A program made the translations under genes and the position numbers. Of a DNA stretch of 50,686 nucleotides, positions 36,839-48,370 are shown in pieces. This DNA is from a bacterium (GTDB lineage Bacteria > Zhuqueibacterota > Zhuqueibacteria > Zhuqueibacterales > Zhuqueibacteraceae), in the NCBI GenBank assembly GCA_044869275.1, contig JBIOXB010000218.1, positions 1-50,686 on the forward strand, given 5' to 3'. The notes under the pieces were generated by a model. It had not been told where the DNA came from. It saw only the letters and a program-made list of their open reading frames with translations, and ran no database searches. Numbering within the stretch: position 1 is the stretch's first letter; every line of letters starts with the position of its first letter.

Positions 36839-37603
36839 TCATGCCGCGGCGGCTTCGATCATTTCGTCTTTGATCCAATCGTAGCCGCGCTCTTCCAGCT
36901 TGAGCGCCAGTGCCTTGTCGCCGGATTCTGCGATGCGGCCATCGATCAGCACGTGCACGAAATCCGGCACGATGTGATTGAGCAAGCGCTGGTAATGCGT
37001 CACCACGATGGTGGCATTGTCCTTGCGGCGCAGCTTGTTCACGCCACTGGCCACGATGCGCAGCGCGTCGATGTCCAAGCCGGAATCGGTTTCGTCCAAA
37101 ATCGCCAGCTTGGGATCAAGCATCGCCATTTGGAATATCTCGTTGCGTTTTTTCTCGCCGCCGGAAAAGCCCTCGTTGACCGCACGATTGATCAATTTTT
37201 CGTCGATGCCGACGAAACGCATTTTTTCCTTCATCAAACTCAGAAACTCCATGGTATCGATCGGCGGCAAGCCGCGCTGCTCTCTCACCCCATTGACCGC
37301 GGCCTTCATAAATGGCGCAATGCCCACGCCCGGAATTTCCACGGGATATTGAAACGCCATGAACACCCCTTTGCGCGCGCGCTCCTCCGGCATCATTTCC
37401 GTCAAGTCCTCGCCATTAAAAAGGACTGCGCCGGCGTCTATGGTGTAGCCCTCACGGCCCGCCAGCACATTCGCGAGCGTGCTTTTGCCCGAACCGTTGG
37501 GACCCATGATCGCGTGCACCTCGCCGGCCTGCACTGCCAAATTCACGCCGCGCAAAATTCTTACGCCTTCCACCGACACTTCCAGGTTGCTTATGCTTAA
37601 CAT
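36839..37603 (-). CDS. sufC: Fe-S cluster assembly ATPase
   Basis: 'GPNGSGKST', 'FQYPVEIPG', 'GFSGGEKKRNE', 'LDETDSGLDID'. Confidence 0.98.
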   Translation of the reverse strand: MLSISNLEVSVEGVRILRGVNLAVQAGEVHAIMGPNGSGKSTLANVLAGREGYTIDAGAVLFNGEDLTEMMPEERARKGVFMAFQYPVEIPGVGIAPFMKAAVNGVREQRGLPPIDTMEFLSLMKEKMRFVGIDEKLINRAVNEGFSGGEKKRNEIFQMAMLDPKLAILDETDSGLDIDALRIVASGVNKLRRKDNATIVVTHYQRLLNHIVPDFVHVLIDGRIAESGDKALALKLEERGYDWIKDEMIEAAAA

Positions 37604-37649
37604 GCTGCTTTCTTCCTTAAGTATTTACGGATCACCGCATGCGACTCTT

Positions 37650-39095
37650 TCATCCCACGCTGCCTTCCAAACTGATGGCGAGCAGTTTTTGCGCCTCCAC
37701 CGCGAACTCCATCGGCAGCTCACGAAAGACTTCTTTGCAATAGCCGTTCACGATCAAGCTCACCGCATCCTCCCGCGAGATGCCGCGTTGCTGGCAGTAG
37801 AACAATTGATCTTCGCCGATTTTCGAAGTCGTGGCCTCGTGCTCGACTTTCGCGGTTTTGTTGCTGATCTCCAAATAGGGAAACGTGTGCGCGCCGCATT
37901 TGTCGCCAATCAACAGGGAATCGCACTGCGAAAAATTGCGCGCGTTTTCCGCCTTCGGGCCGACTCTCACCAAGCCGCGATAGGAGTTGTTGCTGCGGCC
38001 GATGGAAATGCCTTTAGACACGATGTTGCTGCGCGTATTTTTGCCGAGATGAATCATCTTCGTGCCGGTGTCGGCCTGCTGGCGATGGTTGGTTACGGCC
38101 ACGGAGTAAAATTCGCCGCGGGAATTATCCCCCCTCAAGATCACGCTGGGATATTTCCAGGTGATCGCCGAGCCGGTCTCCACCTGGGTCCACGAAATCT
38201 TGGCGTTCTCTTCCAGGCAAATGCCGCGCTTGGTGACGAAGTTATAGATGCCGCCGCAGCCTTCTTCATCGCCGGGATACCAGTTTTGCACGGTGGAATA
38301 CTTGACCGTGGCATTTTTGTGCGCCACCAGCTCCACCACCGCGGCGTGGAGTTGATTCTCATCGCGGCGCGGCGCGGTGCAGCCCTCGAGATAGCTCACG
38401 TACGCGCCCTCGTCGGCGATGATCAGCGTGCGCTCGAACTGGCCCGTGTTCGCGGTGTTGATGCGAAAATACGTCGAAAGCTCCATCGGGCAGCGCACGC
38501 CTTTGGGCACGTAGCAGAACGAGCCGTCGCTGAATACCGCGGAATTTAAAGAGGCAAAAAAATTGTCGGTATAAGGCACCACCGAGCCGAGATACTTGCG
38601 CACCAATTCGGGGTGCTCTTGCACGGCGTCTGAAAACGAACAGAAAATAATGCCGAGCTTGGCCAATTCGGCTTTAAAAGTTGTCGCCACGGATACGCTG
38701 TCCATCACCGCATCCACGGCGACGCCGGACAATCGTTTCTGCTCGTCCAATGAAATGCCCAGTTTTTCAAAGGTCGCGCGCAATTGCGGATCGACTTCGT
38801 CGAGACTGTTCAATTTCTTGCTGGCCTTCGGCGCGGCGTAATAAATGGAGTCTTGATAGTCGATCGGCGGATAATGCACGTTCGGCCAGTGCGGCTCGAC
38901 CATTTTCAGCCAGTGGCGAAACGCTTTCAGCCGCCATTCCAGCATAAACTCTGGCTCATTCTTCTTCTTGGAAATCAAGCGAATGATGTCTTCGTTCAAG
39001 CCCTTGGGTGCAATGTCGGTCTCGATATCCGTGGTGAAACCGTATTTGTATTCCTTGCCGGCAAGTTGTTCGATGGTTGCTACTTCGGTGCTCAT
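37650..39095 (-). CDS. sufB: Fe-S cluster assembly protein
   Basis: 'YKYGF', 'GQFERTL', 'YLEGCTAP', 'EHEATTSKI'; start at MSTEV inferred. Confidence 0.98.
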   Translation of the reverse strand: MSTEVATIEQLAGKEYKYGFTTDIETDIAPKGLNEDIIRLISKKKNEPEFMLEWRLKAFRHWLKMVEPHWPNVHYPPIDYQDSIYYAAPKASKKLNSLDEVDPQLRATFEKLGISLDEQKRLSGVAVDAVMDSVSVATTFKAELAKLGIIFCSFSDAVQEHPELVRKYLGSVVPYTDNFFASLNSAVFSDGSFCYVPKGVRCPMELSTYFRINTANTGQFERTLIIADEGAYVSYLEGCTAPRRDENQLHAAVVELVAHKNATVKYSTVQNWYPGDEEGCGGIYNFVTKRGICLEENAKISWTQVETGSAITWKYPSVILRGDNSRGEFYSVAVTNHRQQADTGTKMIHLGKNTRSNIVSKGISIGRSNNSYRGLVRVGPKAENARNFSQCDSLLIGDKCGAHTFPYLEISNKTAKVEHEATTSKIGEDQLFYCQQRGISREDAVSLIVNGYCKEVFRELPMEFAVEAQKLLAISLEGSVG

Positions 39096-39120
39096 TACCA
39101 GACCTCGTATAAGAAACGCG

Positions 39121-39182
39121 CAAAACTCAAAACACAAAGTCCAAAGGTGGTATTGAATTCTGGGCTTTGGATTTTGGATTTC
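39121..39182. repeat. 7-bp-periodic inverted repeat upstream of sufB
   Basis: CAAAACT CAAAACA CAAAGTC CAAAGG ... TGGGCTT TGGATTT TGGATTT. Confidence 0.7.
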
Positions 39183-39307
39183 TTTACTCAAAAAACACAG
39201 ATTTCACTTGAAATGGACCACCGCGTGTCATGCTGAAGCACTCCACTTAGAAGTAGGGCCAGCGCCCGTGCCAAAAAAAATGACACGAAGAGGTGGTGTG
39301 CTCCAAA

Positions 39308-39631
39308 TTACGCCGAGAACGAATGCCCGCAACCACAGGAGCGCTGCGCATTGGGATTCTTGAACGTAAATCCCGAGCCTTGCAAGCCGTCGGTGAAATC
39401 CACTTCCGCGCCTTCCAAATACAACGCGCTTTTGGAATCCAAGAATACTTTCACGCCGTTGCACTCCAATACGTGATCGTCCACGCGTTGTTCTTTATCG
39501 AGCGAGAGAAAATATGAAAGTCCGGAGCAGCCGCCGCCTTGCACGCCCACGCGCAAAGCCAGCTCTTGGTCGTTTTCTTGCGTCATGATTTTTTTCACTT
39601 CCGTCACCGCTTTCGGGGTCAGGGTAATCAT
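39308..39631 (-). CDS. A-type Fe-S carrier (IscA/SufA/HesB)
   Basis: 'GGGCSGLSY', 'F.NPNA..SCGCG.SF'. Confidence 0.95.
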   Translation of the reverse strand: MITLTPKAVTEVKKIMTQENDQELALRVGVQGGGCSGLSYFLSLDKEQRVDDHVLECNGVKVFLDSKSALYLEGAEVDFTDGLQGSGFTFKNPNAQRSCGCGHSFSA

Positions 39632-39685
39632 GGTCATCTCCTTGCCAAAATGTATGTACTTCAAAGTTGATTTCACTGCTACCGG

Positions 39686-40138
39686 CTAAACTCGAATTTG
39701 CACCAGCGCATTCTCGCGTACCGGCGCACGATTCAAGTCTGCCAGCGAAATGCCGTCGAGAAAGTTTTTAAACTGCATTTGGATGTGCGCGAACGGCTCG
39801 TCGATATTGCATACGCCTTCTTCGTATTGCGCACATTGGCAATCCTCGCCCGTCACCACACAATCGACGATGCCCACCGGACCTTCGATGCTTTCGACGA
39901 TTTTGGCAATGCTGATTTTTTCCGGGGGCAGCGCCAGCATATATCCGCCGCGCACGCCTTGTGTACTCATCAAGATCCCGGTTTTGACCAGTTTCTGCAA
40001 AATCTTCGCCATGAGCTGTTCAGGAATCTTGAACCGAGTCGCGATCTCTTTTGCCGTGGACAAAGTACCAGCTCCGCGATTGAGCATGAATTTTAAGGCG
40101 ATTATGCCGTATTCTGATTTGCGCGATAATTTCAACAT
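39686..40138 (-). CDS. Rrf2-family (IscR-like) regulator
   Basis: 'KILQKL.K.G...S..G.RGGY.LA'; Cys-rich 'C.....DCQC......C'. Confidence 0.9.
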   Translation of the reverse strand: MLKLSRKSEYGIIALKFMLNRGAGTLSTAKEIATRFKIPEQLMAKILQKLVKTGILMSTQGVRGGYMLALPPEKISIAKIVESIEGPVGIVDCVVTGEDCQCAQYEEGVCNIDEPFAHIQMQFKNFLDGISLADLNRAPVRENALVQIRV

Positions 40139-40195
40139 AAAATCCGACTCGTTTAGTCCGATTTTAAGATACAAAAATCATCCCCCGTCTGTCAA
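40139..40195 (-). promoter_or_regulatory. suf promoter with IscR-type operator
   Basis: TTGACA(40190-40195)-18 nt-TATCTT; palindrome AAAATCCGACT-CGTTT-AGTCCGATTTT (40139-40165). Confidence 0.7.
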
Positions 40196-40406
40196 GGCAA
40201 AATTCGGATTTTTCTGCAAGAAACGATCAAATAGAATCCCGTATAAAATGTGAGGAATCGGAAAGATTATTATAAAACAGCAGGACAACCACGGAAACGG
40301 TCCATCCAATTCTCAGGTTTGGGAATAGGCTATTGGCTCACTGAGTTGAAGCCGTGCACTGGCTTTGGCAAGCACGTTTCCTGCCTCAAAATCCTAAGAT
40401 AAAACC

Positions 40407-40435
40407 TTGACAATTCAGCCCGTTTTTGCTATCTT
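40407..40435 (+). promoter_or_regulatory. Sigma-70 promoter for the pfk-gap-tpi cluster
   Basis: TTGACA-17 nt-TATCTT with extended TG. Confidence 0.7.
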
Positions 40436-40536
40436 TGGCGTCGGTTTTCAGAAAATGTTTGATGTATGTGACACATGCTTTTCCGTTCTGTACTTTGGAG
40501 CGGGAAAGAGACTTGTGATAGAAAAGGATTTCCCTC

Positions 40537-42616
<2,080 letters not shown>

Positions 42617-42642
42617 TTGTAAACCGCGGCCAAAGATGATTC

Positions 42643-42701
42643 TTACGAATTACGCTTTACGCATTACGTTTTGCGGAAAACGGAATCCGTAAAACGTGAG
42701 G
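42643..42701. repeat. 7-bp-periodic inverted repeat between gap and tpiA
   Basis: TTACGAA TTACGCT TTACGCA TTACGTT ... CGGAAAA CGGAATC CGTAAAA CGTGAGG. Confidence 0.75.
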
Positions 42702-42735
42702 CACAAGCGCTTTCGCTTTGCAGAGACAAAAGCAT

Positions 42736-43515
42736 ATGCCCACCTCGACCCGAAGAATGTTCGTCGCCGGCAACTGGAAAATGTTCACGACACCGGCAGA
42801 GGCGGCGGCTCTGGCCAAGGCGTTGAAAGTCAAGGTCGTGAACATCAAGAATACCGAGATGGCGGTGTGCCCCCCGTTCACCAATCTCGCGATCGTGGCG
42901 GAATTGATTAAAGGCACGAATCTCCAGTTGGGCGCGCAGAATCTTTTTTGGGAAGAAAGAGGGGCGTACACCGGCGAGATTTCGGCGGAAATGCTGGCGG
43001 CTGTAGGCTGCCGTTTCGTGATTATCGGCCATTCCGAACGCCGGCAGTACTTCGGTGAAACGGATGAAAGCGTGAATCGCCGCCTGCGCCGCGCCCTGAG
43101 TTCGAGTTTGATGCCGATCGTTTGTGTCGGGGAAACCCTGGCGCAACGCCAGGCAGGAGATACGGACAAAGTCGTTACCACGCAAATTCGCGGCGCGTTC
43201 AAAGATGTTCCAGATTCGGATTTCGGCCGGGTCACCATCGCTTATGAGCCGGTCTGGGCGATTGGCACGGGGGTAAACGCCACGCCAGCGCAAGCGCAGG
43301 AAATGCACGGTTTGATTCGCAATCTGCTCGCGAGCATGTACGGTGCGGAACTCGCGCGCGCCTGCCGCATTCAATATGGCGGCAGCGTCAAACCCGCGAA
43401 TGCGAAAGAATTGATGAGCCAGCCTGACGTCGACGGCGCTTTGGTCGGTGGCGCGAGCCTGGAGGCGGAAAGTTTCGCCGCCATCATCAAGGCGGCGGAA
43501 GAGGTTGGCGGATGA
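42736..43515 (+). CDS. tpiA: Triosephosphate isomerase
   Basis: 'AGNWKM', 'GHSERR', 'AYEPVWAIGTG', 'YGGSVKP'. Confidence 0.98.
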   Translation: MPTSTRRMFVAGNWKMFTTPAEAAALAKALKVKVVNIKNTEMAVCPPFTNLAIVAELIKGTNLQLGAQNLFWEERGAYTGEISAEMLAAVGCRFVIIGHSERRQYFGETDESVNRRLRRALSSSLMPIVCVGETLAQRQAGDTDKVVTTQIRGAFKDVPDSDFGRVTIAYEPVWAIGTGVNATPAQAQEMHGLIRNLLASMYGAELARACRIQYGGSVKPANAKELMSQPDVDGALVGGASLEAESFAAIIKAAEEVGG

Positions 43516-43621
43516 AAAGGCCTTTTGCAATTTAGCAGCACAGTGCCATTCTGAGAGAATCCAGCGGAGCGTGTGAGCCGATTCCCGCGGAGTGGCTGAG
43601 TTCTAATCAACAAGGATCGAC

Positions 43622-43984
43622 ATGTACACTGTTGGCATTATCTTATTCGTGATCATTGCCGTCTTGCAGACGCTGGTGATCTTGATGCAATCGAGCAAGG
43701 GCGGAGGCTTGGCAGGTTCATTCGGCGCCGGCGGCATGGGCGCGGTCTTTGGCAGCCGCGGCACCGCCACTTTTCTGAGCAAGCTCACCGCGATTTTGGC
43801 GGCGGCCTTCATGGTGTTCGCTTTGATTCTGGGTTACGTGAAATCAGGCACCAGCGGCGCGCGCAGCCTAGTGGATCAGGAACGCCAGGAGCGAACCTCT
43901 TCTCCGGCCGGTGTCCCCCTCGTTCCGGGTACGCAAAATGCACCGGCGCCTCCACCGCCACAGCAGCAACAGCCCACGCCGTAG
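43622..43984 (+). CDS. secG: Preprotein translocase subunit
   Basis: 'LMQSSKGGGLAGSFG', 'FL.KLT'; lies between tpiA and tRNA-Leu. Confidence 0.93.
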   Translation: MYTVGIILFVIIAVLQTLVILMQSSKGGGLAGSFGAGGMGAVFGSRGTATFLSKLTAILAAAFMVFALILGYVKSGTSGARSLVDQERQERTSSPAGVPLVPGTQNAPAPPPPQQQQPTP

Positions 43985-44112
43985 CCGTTTTTGTTTCGCG
44001 CGTTTGCAGAGCAAACTGCAATCGTGCCTGGGGAAGCCTCATTTGAGAGCATCACCTCAGGGGGCACAAGAGAGACTTCCGGGATGATAAGCTGCGGGGG
44101 AGTAACCTGTTT

Positions 44113-44195
44113 GCGGAAGTGGTGAAACTGGTAGACACGCTATCTTGAGGGGGTAGTGGGCGTCGCCCGTGGGGGTTCGAGTCCCCCCTTCCGCA
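44113..44195 (+). tRNA. tRNA-Leu(GAG), CCA not encoded
   Basis: GCGGAAG/CTTCCGC acceptor stem, GGTAGAC D-loop, anticodon arm CTATC-TTGAGGG-GGTAG, long variable arm, GTTCGAG T-loop. Confidence 0.95.
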
Positions 44196-44199
44196 CTTC

Positions 44200-44240
44200 A
44201 GCAAGAAGCCTCGTTCGTGTGAGCGAGGCTTCTTGCTTTC
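44200..44240 (+). terminator. Intrinsic terminator after tRNA-Leu
   Basis: AGCAAGAAGCCTCGTTC-GTGT-GAGCGAGGCTTCTTGCT followed by TTC. Confidence 0.7.
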
Positions 44241-44275
44241 TGGAATACTGGATGAACGCCAAATTGAACGTGGAC

Positions 44276-44366
44276 GATCGAGGATCGAAGATCGAGGATC
44301 GAAGATTGATGATTATCTGTTGTAATCTTCGACTCTCGATCCTCGATCTTCTATCTTCAATCCTCA
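44276..44366. repeat. 7-bp-periodic inverted repeat downstream of tRNA-Leu
   Basis: (GATCGAG/GATCGAA)x4 ... (ATCTTCG/ATCCTCG-like)x6. Confidence 0.85.
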
Positions 44367-44385
44367 GCTTCACGCGATCATCCTC

Positions 44386-45441
44386 TTACGGAAACTTGAT
44401 CTCCAGCCCAAAGCGCGGATACAGCTTTGCTTCAACCTTGAACGGATCGACTTCCTGATCGACGGCCTGGCCAATGGCAAAGCCCTCCTTCAACACATTG
44501 CGAAACGCCAAGCTCGCGCCGCCAAAAACATGCAGCTCGAAACCTGTTACCGGAACGCCGAATCCCAAGCCCAAAATCGGCTCGATCGCAGGCGCGATGC
44601 GCAAGCCGCCGAGCAAATGAAACGAGCTCGCCAGCGTCGGGGCTTTGGTATCGACCGGTTTGAAATGAAAATTGATGACGCCGAAAGCGGCAAGATCGCC
44701 GTTGGGTTTGGGCTTCACGATAATGGTGCCGTCTTCGCCCACCCCCAACTCCACGTCGTTCACCGTCGTGATCGCGGTGGCGATGCCGTAGCTCCATCTC
44801 TCCAGCGGAGTATTGTCAAAGACGGCCGAGGCGAGATAGCGGTCGGTTTTTAGCGAGTCTTTTACGATCACCGCGATGTCCGAAACCCGCTTGAATTTGT
44901 CGGGAATCTCGAAGCGGCGCACGTCAATCCAGGTGGTTCTCTCTTCGGGGTTGTCCAGCGCACCGGGCATGCCGAAGCCAATGAGCTGCAAAAACGCCGG
45001 CAGGTTGGCCTCGAAAGGCGTCGGCTTGCTTTTCAGCATGACCGAGATGAAAGAAGGCGCGTTTTCCGTGCGTGAGATGAACATGTAGTACAGACTGTCG
45101 GTTTTCAAGCCATACAGGCGCGTATCGAGAAAATCCGAGCCTCCATGAAACATGCCGATGGGTGAAACGCGGTCGGTAAAATTGGCCACAACGATGTAGT
45201 AAGCTTTTGGATCAATGGCATAATTGCTCTTCGCAACTAGCTTGCGCAGACTGTCTGCCGCCATCCCGACCTCGCCTTCGATGAAAAAACGATAGGACTT
45301 GGCAAACAAATCCGTGCTATCTTCAACGCTGAAAGGCGCGCCCTCGATCGCTTTGGGAATCACCACGACCTTGTCCTGCGCCGGCGCCAAGCCAACCCAA
45401 ACGGCAAACAACAGGAGCAAACAAGCTGTCAAACGGGACAT
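44386..45441 (-). CDS. Hypothetical secreted or outer-membrane protein
   Basis: AAGGAG RBS, signal peptide MSRLTACLLL..AQD, amphipathic beta-strand-like C-terminus. Confidence 0.75.
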   Translation of the reverse strand: MSRLTACLLLLFAVWVGLAPAQDKVVVIPKAIEGAPFSVEDSTDLFAKSYRFFIEGEVGMAADSLRKLVAKSNYAIDPKAYYIVVANFTDRVSPIGMFHGGSDFLDTRLYGLKTDSLYYMFISRTENAPSFISVMLKSKPTPFEANLPAFLQLIGFGMPGALDNPEERTTWIDVRRFEIPDKFKRVSDIAVIVKDSLKTDRYLASAVFDNTPLERWSYGIATAITTVNDVELGVGEDGTIIVKPKPNGDLAAFGVINFHFKPVDTKAPTLASSFHLLGGLRIAPAIEPILGLGFGVPVTGFELHVFGGASLAFRNVLKEGFAIGQAVDQEVDPFKVEAKLYPRFGLEIKFP

Positions 45442-45583
45442 ACAAATTCTCCTTAAAAAAGAAATGAATTGCCCGGAAAAAGGGGCAAACGCTCCGCAAA
45501 AAATAATTGTTGCCAGTATGAAGAATTTCCCGCAAATTTCCAAAATGTTTTTTAGCTTCCACCTCATCACAGGAGATTGTTCC

Positions 45584-47269
45584 ATGACGAGTTTTTTGTG
45601 CTTCGGATTGATCTTGTTGCTGTCATGCGCCTCGTGGGGACAATCCGCTTCTCCTATTTTGCTCAAGAATATCAATATTGTCGCGCTCGGCGGCGGCGTG
45701 GAGCTCACCGGGCGCGAGGTACTGCTGGAAAACGGCAAAATCGCGGCCATCCGCGCGGCGAGCAACAAGCCACACCCGGGCATCGATCAGATCGAGGCCT
45801 CGGGGAAATGGCTGATTCCCGGTTTGATTGATTTGCACGTGACACTATCCAGTGCCGCGCAAGACTCCACGGCTTTTCGACAAGATTGTTCGGAGTTACT
45901 GGCCGCGGGGGTGACGACGGTTTTAGACTGGAGCGGCGCCAGCGCGCAAGCCGCTCACGACACTGCAGACGGAGCAGAGGTGCCCGCGCTACGCATTTTT
46001 TTCGGTTGTCCCCTGCTCCCCGGGGCCGGCGTGTCGCCTGCTCCTGGATCGTTTTTGATTAAGAATGAGCAAGACGCACGGCAGGCGGCACGCACGGCCA
46101 AAGCGCAGAATGCGCACGCCCTCTATCTCGATCCCCGCCTCGAAGGCAAACTCATGAAAGCGGCGGTGCAGGAAGCGCAAACCCTCGGCCTGACCACGGC
46201 AGGCGTGGCACTCGGTTTTTCCTTTGAAGACGCAGGACGCGCCGGCCTCAACTGGTTGTATGACGTGAACAGCCTGGCCAGCGCCTCCCTGGGCACCGGC
46301 GAGCGCAGGCAATTCGCGCAGGCATGGGCGGTGGCGCCGGCCTTGCTTTACGGCACGAAAACCGCAAAACTGTTATTCGAAGCGTGGGATAACCTCGATC
46401 CCGCCAAAGACGCGCGCAAGAAACTGGAAATGCTGGCCAGTCGTGCGGTGTTCTTCGCACCGCTGCTGGCTTTCGAAGAAAAACGGCTGCAGGAATTCGC
46501 GCACACGGCACATGCGGCCGCCGTGCAAAATGTGCAGGAAAAGTATCGTTCCTTATTACGCACAGCCTTCGACTTGCAAGTGCCGCTGCTGATCGGCTCC
46601 GGCTATGCCACACGCGACGATTGGCGTCCGACGATCCAAGATGAAATGGAAGCGTGGGTTCAAGCCGGGATCGCGCCGCGTTTCGTGCTGGAGGCGGCGA
46701 CCATCAACGCAGGACATGCATTGCGGCAACAGGATCTCGGCCAAATCGGTGAGGGCATGGCGGCGGATTTGGTGGTGCTGGAAGAGAATCCGTATCTCAG
46801 TTTTGCCACTCTGCGCCGGCCTTGGCTGGTCATTCAAAACGGCCGCGCCTATGGACGTGCGGAAGTGTCGCGCTGGCAAAATTCGCCCCAACGCGCGCAG
46901 CGTGAGATTCGCGCCGTGTTGCAGCGGCAGGAACAGGCGTGGAATGACGCCGATATTGAAAGGTTCATGCGGGGCTATTGGAAAAGCGATTCGACGGTAT
47001 TTGCGTCGAGCAAAGTATCGCGTGGCTGGCAGGCGATGCTGGAGCGCTACCAGCACGGCTATCCTACTCCGGACAAAATGGGCAAACTGAAATTTACGAT
47101 CGCTCAAATCGACCTGATGTCGCCGGATTGGGCAAAAGTGTTGGGCGCGTGGGAATTGTCGGGGCTGCCCGATCAGCCGCGCGGCTGGTTCACCTTAATC
47201 CTCCGCCGTTTCGAGGAGGGCTGGCGCATCGTGCATGATCATACCTCCGAGGCGACGGCCGCAAAATAG
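45584..47269 (+). CDS. Amidohydrolase-fold protein (metal ligands lost) fused to a DUF4440/NTF2-like domain
   Basis: 'GKWLIPGLIDLH', 'AGVTTV', 'G.I.EG..ADLVVL..NP', then 'Q..AWN..DIE.FM.GYW.SD...W.IVHDHTS'. Confidence 0.85.
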   Translation: MTSFLCFGLILLLSCASWGQSASPILLKNINIVALGGGVELTGREVLLENGKIAAIRAASNKPHPGIDQIEASGKWLIPGLIDLHVTLSSAAQDSTAFRQDCSELLAAGVTTVLDWSGASAQAAHDTADGAEVPALRIFFGCPLLPGAGVSPAPGSFLIKNEQDARQAARTAKAQNAHALYLDPRLEGKLMKAAVQEAQTLGLTTAGVALGFSFEDAGRAGLNWLYDVNSLASASLGTGERRQFAQAWAVAPALLYGTKTAKLLFEAWDNLDPAKDARKKLEMLASRAVFFAPLLAFEEKRLQEFAHTAHAAAVQNVQEKYRSLLRTAFDLQVPLLIGSGYATRDDWRPTIQDEMEAWVQAGIAPRFVLEAATINAGHALRQQDLGQIGEGMAADLVVLEENPYLSFATLRRPWLVIQNGRAYGRAEVSRWQNSPQRAQREIRAVLQRQEQAWNDADIERFMRGYWKSDSTVFASSKVSRGWQAMLERYQHGYPTPDKMGKLKFTIAQIDLMSPDWAKVLGAWELSGLPDQPRGWFTLILRRFEEGWRIVHDHTSEATAAK

Positions 47270-47272
47270 GTT

Positions 47273-48361
47273 TTACGGCAAATACTTTCGTTCCAGCACG
47301 ATGTCTTTTCGCTGCAAAACTTCGTTGGCTTCACGCAAGAATCTGGCGATAAAATCGACGCCCACCGCGTAGGTCGTGCCGTAATCGATCATATCGATCT
47401 CTTGCGAGGCCAATGCCTGCAAGTCCTGCTCATTCAAAACCTGGCCCGAAGGCACCTCTTTCGGCGGCGCAACATAGCGCAGTTTATTGGCCGGCACACC
47501 GCGAACCATGCCTGCCAATTCCAAACCGTGCTCTGGCCGTACCACCAGCACTGGCCCGCCGGAAAATCCGAAGCGCGCCACGGTATCCAGAATGAACGAT
47601 CCCGGGAAATGCACCCGGCTCACCACCCCCGTGCTCAGTTGTTTGACCTCCCGCGGGTAGCCAATCACGTACACGAAATCTCCCCACTCGATTTCGCCCG
47701 GCGCTGCCAAAGCAAACGGGAAAGCCACACCCAAGGTCGCGGCCGCGGAAGCCTGCAACAGTGCCAAATCCTGGCGGCTATCTTTATACAGGACCTCCGC
47801 GGTGACATACTGGTTGTTCTGGCCGATCACATAAAAGTCTTTCTTTTTTTTGATCGACCGTGCCAGTATATAACGGAGCGCCTGGCTCGTGTCGGCGCGG
47901 TCGTAATGGTTGATGGTATCCGGTTTGTTGAAAACGTGCGCACTGGTAAGAATGACCGCATTTTGCTGGTCGCGATAAATAATCAAGCCGCCGCCAACAA
48001 CTTTTTGAATGTCCAATTCCTGCACCACCACGGCACCTTGGGGCCGAGGCAGCAGGCGATAGCCGGTGGGGCTGCTGGCCTCTGGCACGGGCTTGCCGTT
48101 CACATACTGGTGATGAAAATTCGTAATCTGATAATGATACACGGCGGACACCCCCACCACAGCGGGCAGGGCTCGTTGCAGCCATTGTTTGACTTGTGCG
48201 GAGGAGAATACCTCCTCCTGCGGCGGGCTTTTGCGAACACCACCGCACGCGCACAACAAGATCAAAAGGAGGGAACAGGCCACGCCCGGGGCAAGCGGCG
48301 AACCGCCTGCTCGGACCAGACCCGCCCTGCTGAGGAGCCAATTTCTAAACATGCCGGACAC
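47273..48361 (-). CDS. Trypsin-like (S1) serine protease lipoprotein
   Basis: Lipobox 'LCAC'; triad motifs 'TSAHV', 'DLALL', 'GFSGGP'. Confidence 0.85.
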   Translation of the reverse strand: MSGMFRNWLLSRAGLVRAGGSPLAPGVACSLLLILLCACGGVRKSPPQEEVFSSAQVKQWLQRALPAVVGVSAVYHYQITNFHHQYVNGKPVPEASSPTGYRLLPRPQGAVVVQELDIQKVVGGGLIIYRDQQNAVILTSAHVFNKPDTINHYDRADTSQALRYILARSIKKKKDFYVIGQNNQYVTAEVLYKDSRQDLALLQASAAATLGVAFPFALAAPGEIEWGDFVYVIGYPREVKQLSTGVVSRVHFPGSFILDTVARFGFSGGPVLVVRPEHGLELAGMVRGVPANKLRYVAPPKEVPSGQVLNEQDLQALASQEIDMIDYGTTYAVGVDFIARFLREANEVLQRKDIVLERKYLP

Positions 48362-48370
48362 GTCGATGAG

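Noticed and set aside
44140..44458. Small ORFs 44140-44373 and 44156-44458
   Set aside because: They overlap the tRNA and translate the heptamer repeat
44113..45441. Genomic island integrated at tRNA-Leu
   Set aside because: No integrase and no duplicated tRNA 3' end seen in the window
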